Positions 21,201-33,200 of a stretch of 64,000 bases of DNA are shown in pieces. Position numbers and translations under genes: made by a program. The notes under the pieces were generated by a model, which searched no databases, was not told the DNA's origin, and saw only the letters and a program-made list of their open reading frames with translations. Location of the stretch: contig CAWJGT010000003.1 in the NCBI GenBank assembly GCA_963842525.1, forward strand, positions 384,001-448,000. Direction: 5' to 3'. Origin of the DNA: an uncultured Holophagales bacterium (GTDB lineage Bacteria > Acidobacteriota > Thermoanaerobaculia > Multivoradales > UBA5704). How positions within the stretch are numbered: position 1 is the first letter of the stretch; every line of letters starts with the position of its first letter.

Positions 21201-24200
21201 AGATCGAGGCGGTACTCGGCGCCTTGCCGGGCGTGCGCGCGGCTGTTGTGGAGGCCCGCGGCGAGGGTGCCGCGCGCCGGCTGGTGGCCTGGGTGGCTCT
21301 CCGCGAGGAGCGCCCGGGCCTGACGCCTGCCGCGCTGCGCGAGGCGCTCCAGGAGCTGCTGCCGGAGCCGATGATCCCGGCCTCCTGGGTGCTGCTGCCC
21401 GAGCTGCCTGTCACTCCGAGCGGCAAGCTGGACCGCCGTGCCCTGCCGGAGCCCGAGGCGCCGGTGGGCGGTGCGGAGGTCTCGCCGCGCACGCCCACCG
21501 AGGAGCTGATCGCCGGCGTCTGGGCCGACCTGCTGGAGCGCCCGCGGATCGGCATCCACGACGACTTCTTCGACCTCGGCGGGCACTCCCTGCTCGCCAC
21601 CCGGGTGCTGTCGCGCCTCCGCAAGGTCTTCCAGTTCGACCTCCCTCTGCGCGCCCTGTTCGAGGCGCCGACGGTGGCGGGGCTCTCCCGCGCCGTCGAT
21701 GCAGCCGTCCGGGCCGGTGCGCCGGCGTCAGCGCCGCCCATCGTTCCGGTGCCCCGCGGCGGCGACCTGCCGCTCTCTTTCGCCCAGCAGAGGCTCTGGT
21801 TCCTCTCCCGGCTCGAGCCGGGGAGCGCGGCCTACAACGTCCCGGTCGCCGTGCGGCTGACCGGCACGCTGCACGGCGCCGCCCTGGCCGCCGCCCTGGG
21901 CGAGATCGTGGCGCGGCACGAGGCGTTGCGCACCACCTTCGCCACCGTTGACGGCAGCGCGGTGCAGCGGATCGCGCCGGCGGCAGGCGCCTTCGAGCTG
22001 CCGCTCGTGGACCTCGGCGCTCTGGCACAGCCCGAGGACGAGGCGCGCCGCCTGGCCGCGGAGGAGGCGTTGCGCCCCTTCGACCTGGCGCGCGGGCCGC
22101 TGCTGCGCGGGGCCCTGCTGCGGTGGGTACCGGGCGAGCACGTCGCGCTGCTCACCCTGCACCACATCGTGTCGGACGGCTGGTCGAGCGGCGTGCTGAT
22201 CCGCGAGCTGGCGGCCCTCTACGCCGCCGCCCTTGCGGGCCGCCCCTCGCCGCTCGCGCCGTTGCCGGTGCAGTACGCGGACTTCGCGGTCTGGCAGCGC
22301 ATGTGGTTGCGCGGCGAGGTGCTCGCGGCGCAGCTCGGCTGGTGGCGCGAGCGCCTGGCGGGGGCGCCGCCCGTGCTGGAGCTGCCGGTCGACCGGCCGC
22401 GGCCCCCAGTGATGGGCGGGCGCGGCGGGCTGTGCCAGGCCGAGCTCGGCGCGGAGCTGACGGCCGGCCTCCATGCGCTCGGCCGCCGGGAAGGGGCCAC
22501 CCTGTTCATGATCCTCCTCGCCGCGTTCACGGCGCTGCTCTGCCGGCATACCGGACAGGAGGACCTGCTCGTCGGCACGCCGATCGCGAACCGCAACCGG
22601 GCGGAGATCGAGGATCTGATCGGGTTCTTCGTCAACACCCTCGTCCTGCGCAGCGACCTCTCCGGAGATCCAACGTTCCTGGAGGTGGCCGGCCGCGTCC
22701 GCGCCGGGGCGCTCGCGGCCTATGCCCATCAGGACCTGCCGTTCGAGCGGCTGGTCGAGGAGTTGGCGCCCGAGCGGAGCCTCGCGTACACGCCCCTTTT
22801 CCAGGTGATGCTCACGTTGCAGAACGCCCCCCTGGGAGCGCTGGAGCTGCCGGGGCTGACCCTCGAGCCACTCGATTCCTCCGGCGCCGCTGCGAAATTC
22901 GACCTGGCGCTCACGCTGGCCGAGAGCGGAGGCGGTATCGCGGCCGGCCTCGAATTCAGGAGCGACCTGTTCGACGCCACCACGGCGCAGCGGATTCTGG
23001 ACCGTTTCGCGATCCTGCTCGGCGCGATCGTGGTGGCGCCGGACCGCCGCATCGCGGACCTGCCGCTGCTGAGCGACGCCGAGCGCCACCAGGCGCTGCG
23101 CGAGTGGAACGCGACCGGCGAGCACCTGCGGGGAGGTGGCTGTCTGCACGAGCTGGTGGCGGCGCAGGCGGCGCGCAGCCCTGAGGCGGTGGCGGTGGTC
23201 TGCGGAGACACCATCCTGACCTACGCCGGGCTGGACGCCCTGGGGAGCCGCATGGCGTGCGGGCTGCGCAGCCGCGGGGTGGGCGCCGATGTGATCGTCG
23301 GCCTGCTGGCCGAGCGCTCGGTTGAGATGGTCGTGGGCCTTCTCGCCATCCTCAAGGCCGGGGGAGCATACCTGCCCCTGGATCCGTCCTATCCGCCCGA
23401 CCGCCTGGGCTACATGGTCGCGGACGCCGGCGCGTCGCTGGTCCTCGCCCAGGAGAGCCTGTGCAAACGCGCGGCCGGATGGCTGGGCGAGGGAGTGGAC
23501 CTCCTGCCGCTGGGCGCCGGCGGCGCCGTCGCCTGGAGCGAGGGGGGTGAAGCCCTCTTCGCGGAGAGCGATCCGCGGAACCTGGCCTACGTGATCTACA
23601 CCTCCGGCTCGACCGGCCGCCCCAAGGGTGTCATGGTGCCCCACCGCGGGGTCTGGAACCGGCTGCTCTGGGCGCAGCGGGTCTACCGGCTGGGACCTGG
23701 CGATGCGGTCCTGCAGAAGGCCGCCTTCAGCTTCGACTTCTCGGTGTGGGAGATCTTCGCGCCGCTGCTGGCCGGAGCCCGGCTGGTGCTGGCCCGGCCG
23801 GACGGGCATCGCAACAGCGCCTATCTGGTGCGCACCCTCGCCGAGCAAGGGATCACCTTCGTCCACTTCGTGCCGTCGATGTTGGGGGCCTTCCTGGACG
23901 AGAGGGACGTGGAGCACTGCACCTCTCTGCGCCAGGCCTTCTCCGGCGGCGAAGCCCTGTCGACCGAGCTGCGGGACCGTTTCTTCACCCGTCTCCGGAT
24001 CCCTCTGGACAACCAGTACGGTCCGACCGAGGCCTCCATCGATATCACGCGCTGGGCCTGCGTACCCGGCCGGGATCCGCACCGCGTGCCGATCGGCGGC
24101 CCGATCGACAACGCGCGGCTGTACGTGGTGGACCGGCGGCTCGGCGTGGTCCCGACCGGCGTGCCAGGTGAGCTGCTGCTGGGGGGGCCGGGCGTGGTCC

Positions 24201-27200
24201 GCGGCTACCTCGGCCGCCCGGACCTGACCGCGGAACGGTTCGTTCCGGACGCCTGGAGCGGCGTCCCGGGAGAGCGGCTGTACCGGACCGGAGACCTGGC
24301 CCGTTCCCGGCCGGACGGCACGCTCGAGCTCCTGGGCCGGATCGACCATCAGGTCAAGGTGCGGGGCTTCCGGATCGAGCTGGGAGAGATCGAAACAGTC
24401 CTCGCCGTACAGCCCGGCGTCCGCGAGGCCGTTGCGGCGGTCCGGGAGGATGCGGCCCTCGGACCACGGCTGGTGGCCTACGTGGTGCCGCAGCCTGGAG
24501 AGGCCCTGGACGTCGAGGTGCTGCGCCGGGCTCTGGCCGGGAACCTGCCGGATCACATGATCCCCTCGGCGTTCCTGATGCTCGAAGCGCTGCCGTTGAC
24601 GCCGAGCGGCAAGCTGGACCGCCGCGCCCTGCCGGAGCCTGGGCTGGCCGCCGGTGAGACCTCCGAGGCACCGCGCACCCCGGTCGAGGAGCTGCTCGCC
24701 GGCCTCTGGGCCGATGTCCTGGGCCGCGAGCGGATCGGGGTGCACGAGGACTTCTTTGCTCTTGGCGGACACTCCCTGCTCGCCACCCGTGTGATCTCGC
24801 GGGCGAGCCAGGTCTTCGGCATCGAGCTGCCGCTGCGCACCCTGTTCGAGGCGCCGACGGTGGCCGGGCTCGCGGCGGCCGTCGAAGCCGCGGACCCGGC
24901 CGGCAGGATCGCCGCCGCACCCATCCTTTCGCGGCCGCAGGGCGGGGATGCGCCGCTCTCCTTCGCCCAGCAGCGGCTTTGGTTCCTGGCGCAGCTCGAG
25001 CCGGAGAGCGCGGCCTACAACGTCCCCACGGCCGTGCGGCTGACCGGCGACCTGGACCTCGCCGCCATCGCCGCAGCCCTCGGCGGGATCGTGGCGCGCC
25101 ACGAAGCGCTGCGGACCACCTTCCCGGCCGTCGCGGGGGAGCCGGTCCAGGCGATCGCCCCGGCCGGAGGCCCCCTGGAGCTGCCTCTGGTCGATCTCGG
25201 CGCGCTGCCGGAGCCCGCGGTGGAGGCGCGCCGGCTGGCTGCGGCGGAGGCGCTACGCCCGTTCGACCTGGTGCATGGGCCCCTCCTGCGCGGCGCTCTG
25301 CTGCGTCTCGGCGCCGCGGAGCACATCGCCCTGGTCTCGATGCACCACATCGTCTCCGACGCCTGGTCGAGCGGCGTGCTGATCCGCGAGCTGGCGGCCC
25401 TCTATGCGGCCTCCCGCGAGGGGCGTCCCTCGCCGCTGCCGCCCCTGCCGGTGCAGTACGCCGACTTCGCGGTCTGGCAGCGGGGCTGGATGGAGGGCGA
25501 GGCCCTGGAATCGCAGCTCGCCTTCTGGCGGCAACGGCTGGCCGGCGCGCCGGCCGTGCTGGAGCTTCCCACGGACCGCCCGCGGCCGGCGGTCCCCACC
25601 GGCCGGGGCGGGCTGCGGACCGCCCGTATCTCCGGCGGCCTCGCCGCAACTCTCGCAGCACTCGGCCGCCGCGAGGGGCTCACCCTCTTCATGGTCCTGC
25701 TCGCCGCCTGGGACGCCCTGCTCTTCCGGCTGACCGGACAGACCGACCTGGTCGTCGGCGCTCCGATCGCCAACCGCACGCGGGCGGAGATCGAAGGCCT
25801 GATCGGCTTCTTCACCAACACCCTGGCCCTGCGCACCCGGCTTGCCCCTGACGCGAGCTTCCGGGAGCTGGCCCTGCGGGTCCGCGAGGAGGCGCTCCTG
25901 GCCTTCTCGCACCAGGACCTGCCGTTCGAACGGCTGGTCGAGGACCTGTCTCCGGAGCGGTCCCTCGCCCATACGCCGCTCTTCCAGGTGCTGTTCACCC
26001 TGCTGAACGTGCCCCTTGGCGACCTCGCCATGCCGGGTCTCACCCTGTCGCCCCTGGAGCTCGGAGGGCGGACGGCGAAGTTCGACCTCACCCTGTTCCT
26101 GGTCGAGGCGGACGGCGGGCTGCTCGCCCGTCTCGAATACGCCTCTGACCTGTTCGACGCGACGACCGCGGACCGGATCCTGGAGCGTTTCCGCACCCTG
26201 CTGGAAGGGGCGGCGGCCGATCCGGAGCGGAGCCTGGCGGAGCTGCCCCTGCTGCCTGCGGCCGAGCGCCAGGAGATCCTCACGGAATGGAACGATGTCC
26301 ACGCCTGGGACGGCTCGCCCTGTGTCCATCGCCTCGTCGAGGAACAGGCGCAGCGGACCCCGGAGGCGACCGCCGTCCTGGCCCCCGACGGCACTGCGCT
26401 GTCCTACGAAGACCTCGACCGGCTGGCGGACCTGCTGGCGCGCCGGCTGTGGGGGCTGGGCGTGCGGCCGGACGACCGCGTCGGCGTCTGCCTGGAGCGA
26501 AGCTGGGAGGGCGTGGCGGCCCTGCTCGCCGTGCTCAAGGCTGGGGGCTGCTATCTGCCGCTCGATCCGGCCTACCCTCAGGAACGGCTGGCCTTCATGC
26601 TGGCCGACGCTGCGGCGCCCGTGATCGTCACCCGCGACCGGCTGGCCGCGGCGCTGCCGCCGCACGGCGCTCACGTGCTGTCTCTCGATGGCGGCTGGCC
26701 TGAGGAGCAGGGCACAGATCTCCCTACGGTCGGCCCCGACCATCTGTCCTACGTCATCTACACCTCCGGATCAACGGGCAAGCCGAAGGGTGTGGCCCTG
26801 CCGCACCGCACGCTGGCCAACCTGATCACCTGGCAGATCGGCGCCTCGGCGGCTCCGGCCGGAAGGACCCTCCAGTTCGCCTCGCCGAGCTTCGACGTGT
26901 CCGTGCAGGAGGTCTTCTCCACCTGGGCCGCGGGGGGCACCCTGGTGCTGGTGCCCGACGAGATCCGCAGCGACGCCGTGGCCCTGCTGCGCCACCTGGT
27001 CGAGGCCCGTGTCGAGCGCCTGTTCCTGCCGTTCGTCGCCCTGCAGCAGCTCGCCGAGGCGGCGGCCGGAAGCAGTGGGGAGCTGGCGCTGCGCGAGGTC
27101 GTCACCGCCGGCGAGCAGCTCCAGGTCACCCCCGAGGTGAGGGCCCTCTTTTCGCGCCTTCCCGGCTGCGTGCTGCGCAACCAGTACGGGCCTTCCGAGA

Positions 27201-30200
27201 CCCACGTGGTCACTGAAGCCTCGCTGCGGCCGGGCTCTGTGGAGGAGTGGCCGGCCCTGCCGCCCATCGGCCGGCCGATCGCCGCGACGGCGGTCCACCT
27301 CCTGGACCCGCGCGGCCTGCCGGTGCCGGTCGGCGTCCCCGGAGAGGTCTGCCTTGGCGGCGCCGGACTGGCGCGCGGCTATCTGGGCCGTCCGGACCTG
27401 ACCGCTGAGCGATTCGTGCCTGATCCCTGGGGCTGGGGCACCCGGCTCTACCGCACCGGGGACCTGGCCCGCCGGCGTCCGGACGGCGAGATCGACTTCC
27501 TCGGCCGCATCGACCATCAGGTCAAGGTCCGCGGCTTCCGTGTCGAGCTGGGGGAGATCGAGGCCGCGCTCGCGGCGCACCCCGCCGTGCGCGAGGCCGT
27601 GGTCGTGGCGCAGGGCGATGGGGCGGGGAGGCGTCTGGCGGCCTTCGTCGTGCCGGCCGGTGGGGAGAGTGAGCTGCGCGGGCCGCTGCGGGCGCATCTG
27701 CGAGACCGGCTGCCGGACTACATGGTGCCGGCTGCCTTCGTGGCGGTCGACGGCTTCCCGCTGACGCCGAGCGGCAAGGTGGACCGGCGCGCCCTGGCGG
27801 CGCGCGGGCCGGAGCCCGGGGAGACCGCAGCCGCCGCCGGCGAGTCCCCACGGAGCCCGGTGGAGGAGCTGCTGGCCGGGATCTGGGCCGACGTCCTCGG
27901 GCTGCCCGCCGTCGGCGTGCGCGCCAGCTTCTTCGACCTCGGCGGTCATTCGCTCCTCGCGACGCGCGTCGTCTCCCGGGTGCGCGAGGCCTTCGGGGTC
28001 GAGCTGCCGCTGCGCCGGCTCTTCGAAACTCCGACCGTCGCGGGCCTGGCGGCGCGGATCGAGGCCCTCCGCGGCGCGCCCGGGGATCTGCCGGCACCGC
28101 CGATCGCTCCGGCGCCGCGCGAGGGTGCGCTGCCGCTCTCCTTCGCGCAGGAGCGGCTCTGGTTCCTGGCGCAGCTCGAGCCCGGGGCGGCGCCCTACAA
28201 CCTCGCCTCCGCGGTGCTCCTGCGCGGCCGGCTCGATACCCGCGCCCTGGCGGCCAGTCTGGCGGCCCTGGTGCGCCGCCACGAGTCGCTGCGGACGACC
28301 TTCGCGGTGGCCGGGGGGCGGCCGGTGCAGGTGGTCGCGCCGGAGTTGGAGCTGCGGCTCCCGCTGGTGGATCTCTCGGGTCTCCCGGGCGCGAGCGGCG
28401 CGGACGCGCTCGCGCGGCTGGCCGAGGCCGAGAGCCTGCGGCCCTTCGACTTGGCGGCGGGGCCTCTGCTGCGAGCCCTGCTGGTGCAGTCGGCGGAGGA
28501 GGAGCATGCGCTCCTCCTCACCATGCACCACATCGTCTCCGACGGCTGGTCGATGGGGGTGTTGATCGGCGATCTGGCGGCTCTCTACGTCGCCGCCGTC
28601 GCCGGGACCCCAGCGGCCCTGCGCGACCTCCCAATCCAGTACGCGGACTTCGCCGTCTGGCAGCGTCGCTGGCTGGCCGGCGAGGTGCTGGAGCGCCAAC
28701 TGGCCTACTGGCGTCAGGGTCTGGCCGGTCTCCCGGTGCTGGACCTGCCGGCCGATCGGCCGCGCCCGGCGGCGCGCAGCGCGCGCGGCGCCACGCAGGA
28801 GGTCGCGCTGTCCGCGGAGCTCTCGGCGGCGCTGGCGAGCCTTGCCCGCCGCCTGGGCGCGACCTCCTTCATGCTATTGCTCGCGGCATTCGACGCCCTG
28901 CTCGCGCGCCTCACCGGGCAGCTCGACGTACCGGTGGGCTCTCCCGTCGCCAACCGCAACCGTCTGGAGACTGAGGGGCTGATCGGTTTCTTCGTCAATA
29001 CCCTGGTTCTGCGTACGGACCTCGGGGGCGACCCGGGCTTCCGCGAGTTGGTGGCGCGGGTGCGCGAGGTCACCCTGGAGGCCTACGCCCACCAGGATCT
29101 GCCGTTCGAACGGCTGGTCCAGGAGCTGCAGCCCGGCCGCAGCCTGAGCACGACGCCGCTGTTCCAGGTGATGCTGGTGCTCCAGAACGCGCCCCAGGGC
29201 AGGCTCGAGCTTCCCGGGCCTCGTGATGGATCCCCTGGACGTCGAGACCTCGACGGCGAGCTTCGATCTGACCCTGGCTCTGGCCGAGACGGCGCGCGGC
29301 CTCCGCGGCGGGCTGCGCTACAGCCGCGACCTGTTCGACCCCGGCACCATGCGGCGGCTCGCCGAGCGTTTCGCGGGGCTGCTGGCGGCGGCGTTGGCCG
29401 CGCCGGAGCGCCGGCTGTCGGACCTGCCGCTCCTCGCGGACGACGAGCTCGAGCAGGTGCTGGCGGCGCCGAACCGGACCGCGGTCCCCTATCCGCGCAC
29501 GGCGACCGTCCACGGCCTGTTCGCCGCGGTGGCCGCGGCCACGCCCGACGCGGTGGCATTGGCGGCGGATGGCGAGCAGGTGACCTATGGCGAGCTGCAC
29601 CGCCGCTCAGGCCGGCTTGCCTCCCATCTGCGCCGTCTGGGAGTGGGGCCCGAGGTGCCGGTCGGCCTCTGCCTCGAACGTTCGCCCGCGCTGGTGGCCG
29701 GCATGCTCGGCATCCTGCAGGCGGGAGGGCATTACGTTCCTCTCGACCCCGGCTCGCCGCGGGAGCGGCTGCGCTTCCTGCTGCGCGATCTTGCGCTGCC
29801 GGTGGTGGTGACCGAGGAGCGGCTCGCCGCGTCGCTGCCGGCCGGCGAGGCCGCGGTCGTCCGGCTGGACCGGCTCAAGCCGGCGCAGGCCCCGGAGGCC
29901 GGCGCCCCAGAGCTTCCCACGAGCCTCGCCTATGTGATGTACACCTCCGGATCGACCGGCCGGCCCAAGGGGGTCGCGGTCCCGCACCGCGCGGTGGTCC
30001 GGCTGGTCCACGGCGCCGGCTACGCCCGCTTCGGCGCCGGCGAGGTCTTCCTGCACCTCGCTTCCCCCTCGTTCGACGCCGCCACCCTCGAGGTCTGGGG
30101 TGCGCTCCTGCACGGCGCCCGGCTCGCCGTCATGACCGAACGGGCCCCCTCCCTGGACCGGTTGGAGAGCGCGCTCGCCGTGCATCAGGTCACGACGCTC

Positions 30201-33200
30201 TGGCTGACCGCCGGCCTCTTCCACCAGGTGATCGACGAGCGGCCGGCCGTCCTCCGCCCTGTATCGCAACTGCTGGCGGGCGGCGATGCGCTGTCGCTGC
30301 CGCACGTGCGCAAGGCGCTCGCGGAGCTGCCCGGCTGCATACTGGTGAACGGCTACGGGCCGACCGAGAACACCACCTTCACCTGCTGCCACCGGTGGTC
30401 GGAGCCCGGCGAGGTCGGCCCGGTTGTGCCCATCGGCCGCCCCATCTCGAACACGCGGGTCTATCTGCTGGACCGCTGGCTGCGGCCGGTGCCTCCGGGA
30501 ATCCCGGGCGAGATCTTCGCGGGCGGCGACGGACTGGCCCGCGGCTATGCCGGTCTCGCCGGGCTGACCGCCGAGCGCTTCATCCCGGATCCGGTCGGCG
30601 GCGAGCCCGGCGCGCGGCTCTACCAAACCGGCGACCTCGCCCGCTGGCTCCCCGACGGCACGCTCGAGTTCCTTGGCCGCAGGGACCAGCAGGTGAAGAT
30701 CCGCGGCTTCCGCGTGGAGCCGGCGGAGATCGAGGCCGCGCTCGCCGGCCATCCGGGCGTCGCGGCCGTTGTGGTCGTACCGCGCGACGACCTGCCGGGC
30801 GGGCGAGCCCTGGTCGCCTATGTGGTTGCCGAGGAGCGCGACGGCCGCCGGGCCGACCTCTCTCCGGATGCCCTGCGGACCGCCCTGCGCGAGCGCCTGC
30901 CGGAGCACCTGGTGCCGGGCTTCTTCGTGCTGCTCGACGCCCTGCCTCTCACCCCGAACGGCAAGGTGGACCGGCGCGCCCTGCCGGCTCCGCGCCGCGG
31001 CGAGCGGCCGCACGATGGCGCGGCGTTGCCTCGCGATCCGGTCGAAGAGGTGATCGCGCAGGTCTGGGCCGAGGTCCTCGCCGTCCCCGCGGTCGGGATC
31101 GAGGACGACTTCTTCGGGCTGGGCGGGCACTCGCTGCTCGCCACCCAGGTGGTGTCGCGTTTGCGCAGCGCCCTGGGAGTCGAGCTCTCGGTGCGGACGC
31201 TCTTCGAAGCGCCCACGGTCGCGGAGCTGGCCGGCCGGGTGGCGGAGACGCTGCGGGAGGGGCGGCAGGAGCGGCCGCCGGCGATCGAGCCGCTGCCGCG
31301 CCATCGCGACCTGCCCCTATCCTTCGCCCAGGAGCGCCTCTGGTTCCTCCACCAGCTCGAGCCCGCGAGCCCGGCCTACAACATCCCGATCGCCCTGTGG
31401 CTCAGCGGCGGGTTGGAAATCCCGGCGCTGGCCGCGGCGCTGCGCGAGATCGTCCGCCGCCACGAGGTCCTGCGGACGACCTTCCCGGCTGCCGGCGGGG
31501 TCGCGGTCCAGCTCATCGCGGCGGAGCCGGCCCTCGATCTGCCGGTGGTCGACCTCTCCGGCCTGGTTGCGGACGAGCGGGATCGCGCCGCCCGCGGCCT
31601 CGCGACCCGCGAGGCCCGGCGGCCGTTCGATCTGGCGGCCGGCCCCCTGGTGCGCGTGGTCCTCCTGCGGCTGGCCGGCGACGATCACATCGGGCTCCTG
31701 ACCTGCCACCACATCGTCTCCGACGGCTGGTCGATGAGCGTGCTGACGCGCGAGCTGGGGGCGCTCTACGAGGCCTTCACCGGGGGGCGGCCGTCGCCGC
31801 TGCCCGGGCTCGCGGTCCAGTACGCGGACTACGCGTGTTGGCAGCGCCGGTGGCTGAGCGGCGAGGTGCTGGAGGCGCAGATCGCACGCTGGCGGCAGCG
31901 GCTGGCGGACAGCCCCGAGCTGCTCGAGCTGCCCACGGACCGGCCGCGACCGGCCGTGCAGAGCTTCCGCGGCGGTGCCCTGCCGGTGGCGCTGCCCGGG
32001 CCGCTCGCGGCAGAGGTCCGACTCCTGGCGCGCCGCGAGGGTGCGACGCTCTTCATGGTCCTGCTCGCCGCGTACGCGGCGCTGCTGAGCCGCTACTCCC
32101 GCCAGGAAGACCTCGTCATCGGCTCGCCGATCGCCAACCGCAACCAGGTGGAGATCGAGCCGCTGATCGGGTTCTTCGTCAACACCCTGGCCCTGCGCCT
32201 CCGCACGGGCGGCGCTCCGGGCTGCCGCGAGCTGCTGGCGCGGGCCCGCGAAGCGACGCTGGGCGCGTTCGTCGATTCCGAGCTGCCGTTCGAGCGACTC
32301 GTCGAAGCCCTGCAGCCGGCGCGCGCCCTGTCCCACGCGCCGCTCTTCCAGACCCTGCTGGTCTGGCAGAACCTGCCCGCCGGCGCGCTGGCCCTGTCTG
32401 CGCTCACTCTGGCTCCCTTCGAGGTGGAGAGGGAGACGGCGAAGCTCGACCTCAATCTCTCGCTCGCCGAGGCCGGCTCCGGCATCGCCGGCCGGATCGA
32501 ATACAGCCGCGACCTCTTCGACGCCACCACCGTCGCCCGGATGGTGGCGCACCTCACCGCCCTGCTCGCGGGGCTTGCCGCGGAGCCCGGGCGGCCGTTC
32601 GGGGAGCTGCGGCTGCTGTCGCCGGCCGAGCACCAGCAGTTGGTGGCGCAGTGGAACGACACGGCGGCGCAGCGGCCCGCGGGGGCGACGCTGCACGGGC
32701 TGGTCGCGGCGCAGGCGAGGCGGACCCCGGAGGCGGTGGCGGTGGAGCTCGGCGGCGAGGCGCTGAGCTACGGCGAGCTGATGCGGCGCTCGGGGAGCCT
32801 GGCCGGCCGCCTGCGCGAGCTGGGGGTGGGCCCCGACGTGCGGGTGGCGGTGTGCGCGGAGCGCTCTCCGGAGAGGGTCGTCGCCCTGCTGGGGGTCCTC
32901 CGCGCCGGCGGCGCGTACGTGCCGCTCGACCCCGAGTATCCGCGTGCGCACCTGGCCTTCATGCTGGACGATGCGCAGGCCGCGGTGGTGCTGGCCCAGG
33001 AGCACCTGCTGGACGGGCTGCCGCCGGGCGGCGCGCCGGTGCTCCCGCTGGTGGCGGCGATCGCGCGCGCGGGCCGCGAGAGCGACGGCGCAGGAGCCGC
33101 AGCGGATCCGGACAACCTGGCCTGTGTGCTCTATACCTCGGGCTCGACGGGCCGTCCGAAGGGTGTGATGGTGCGCCACGCGGGGATGGTCAATCGCCTG

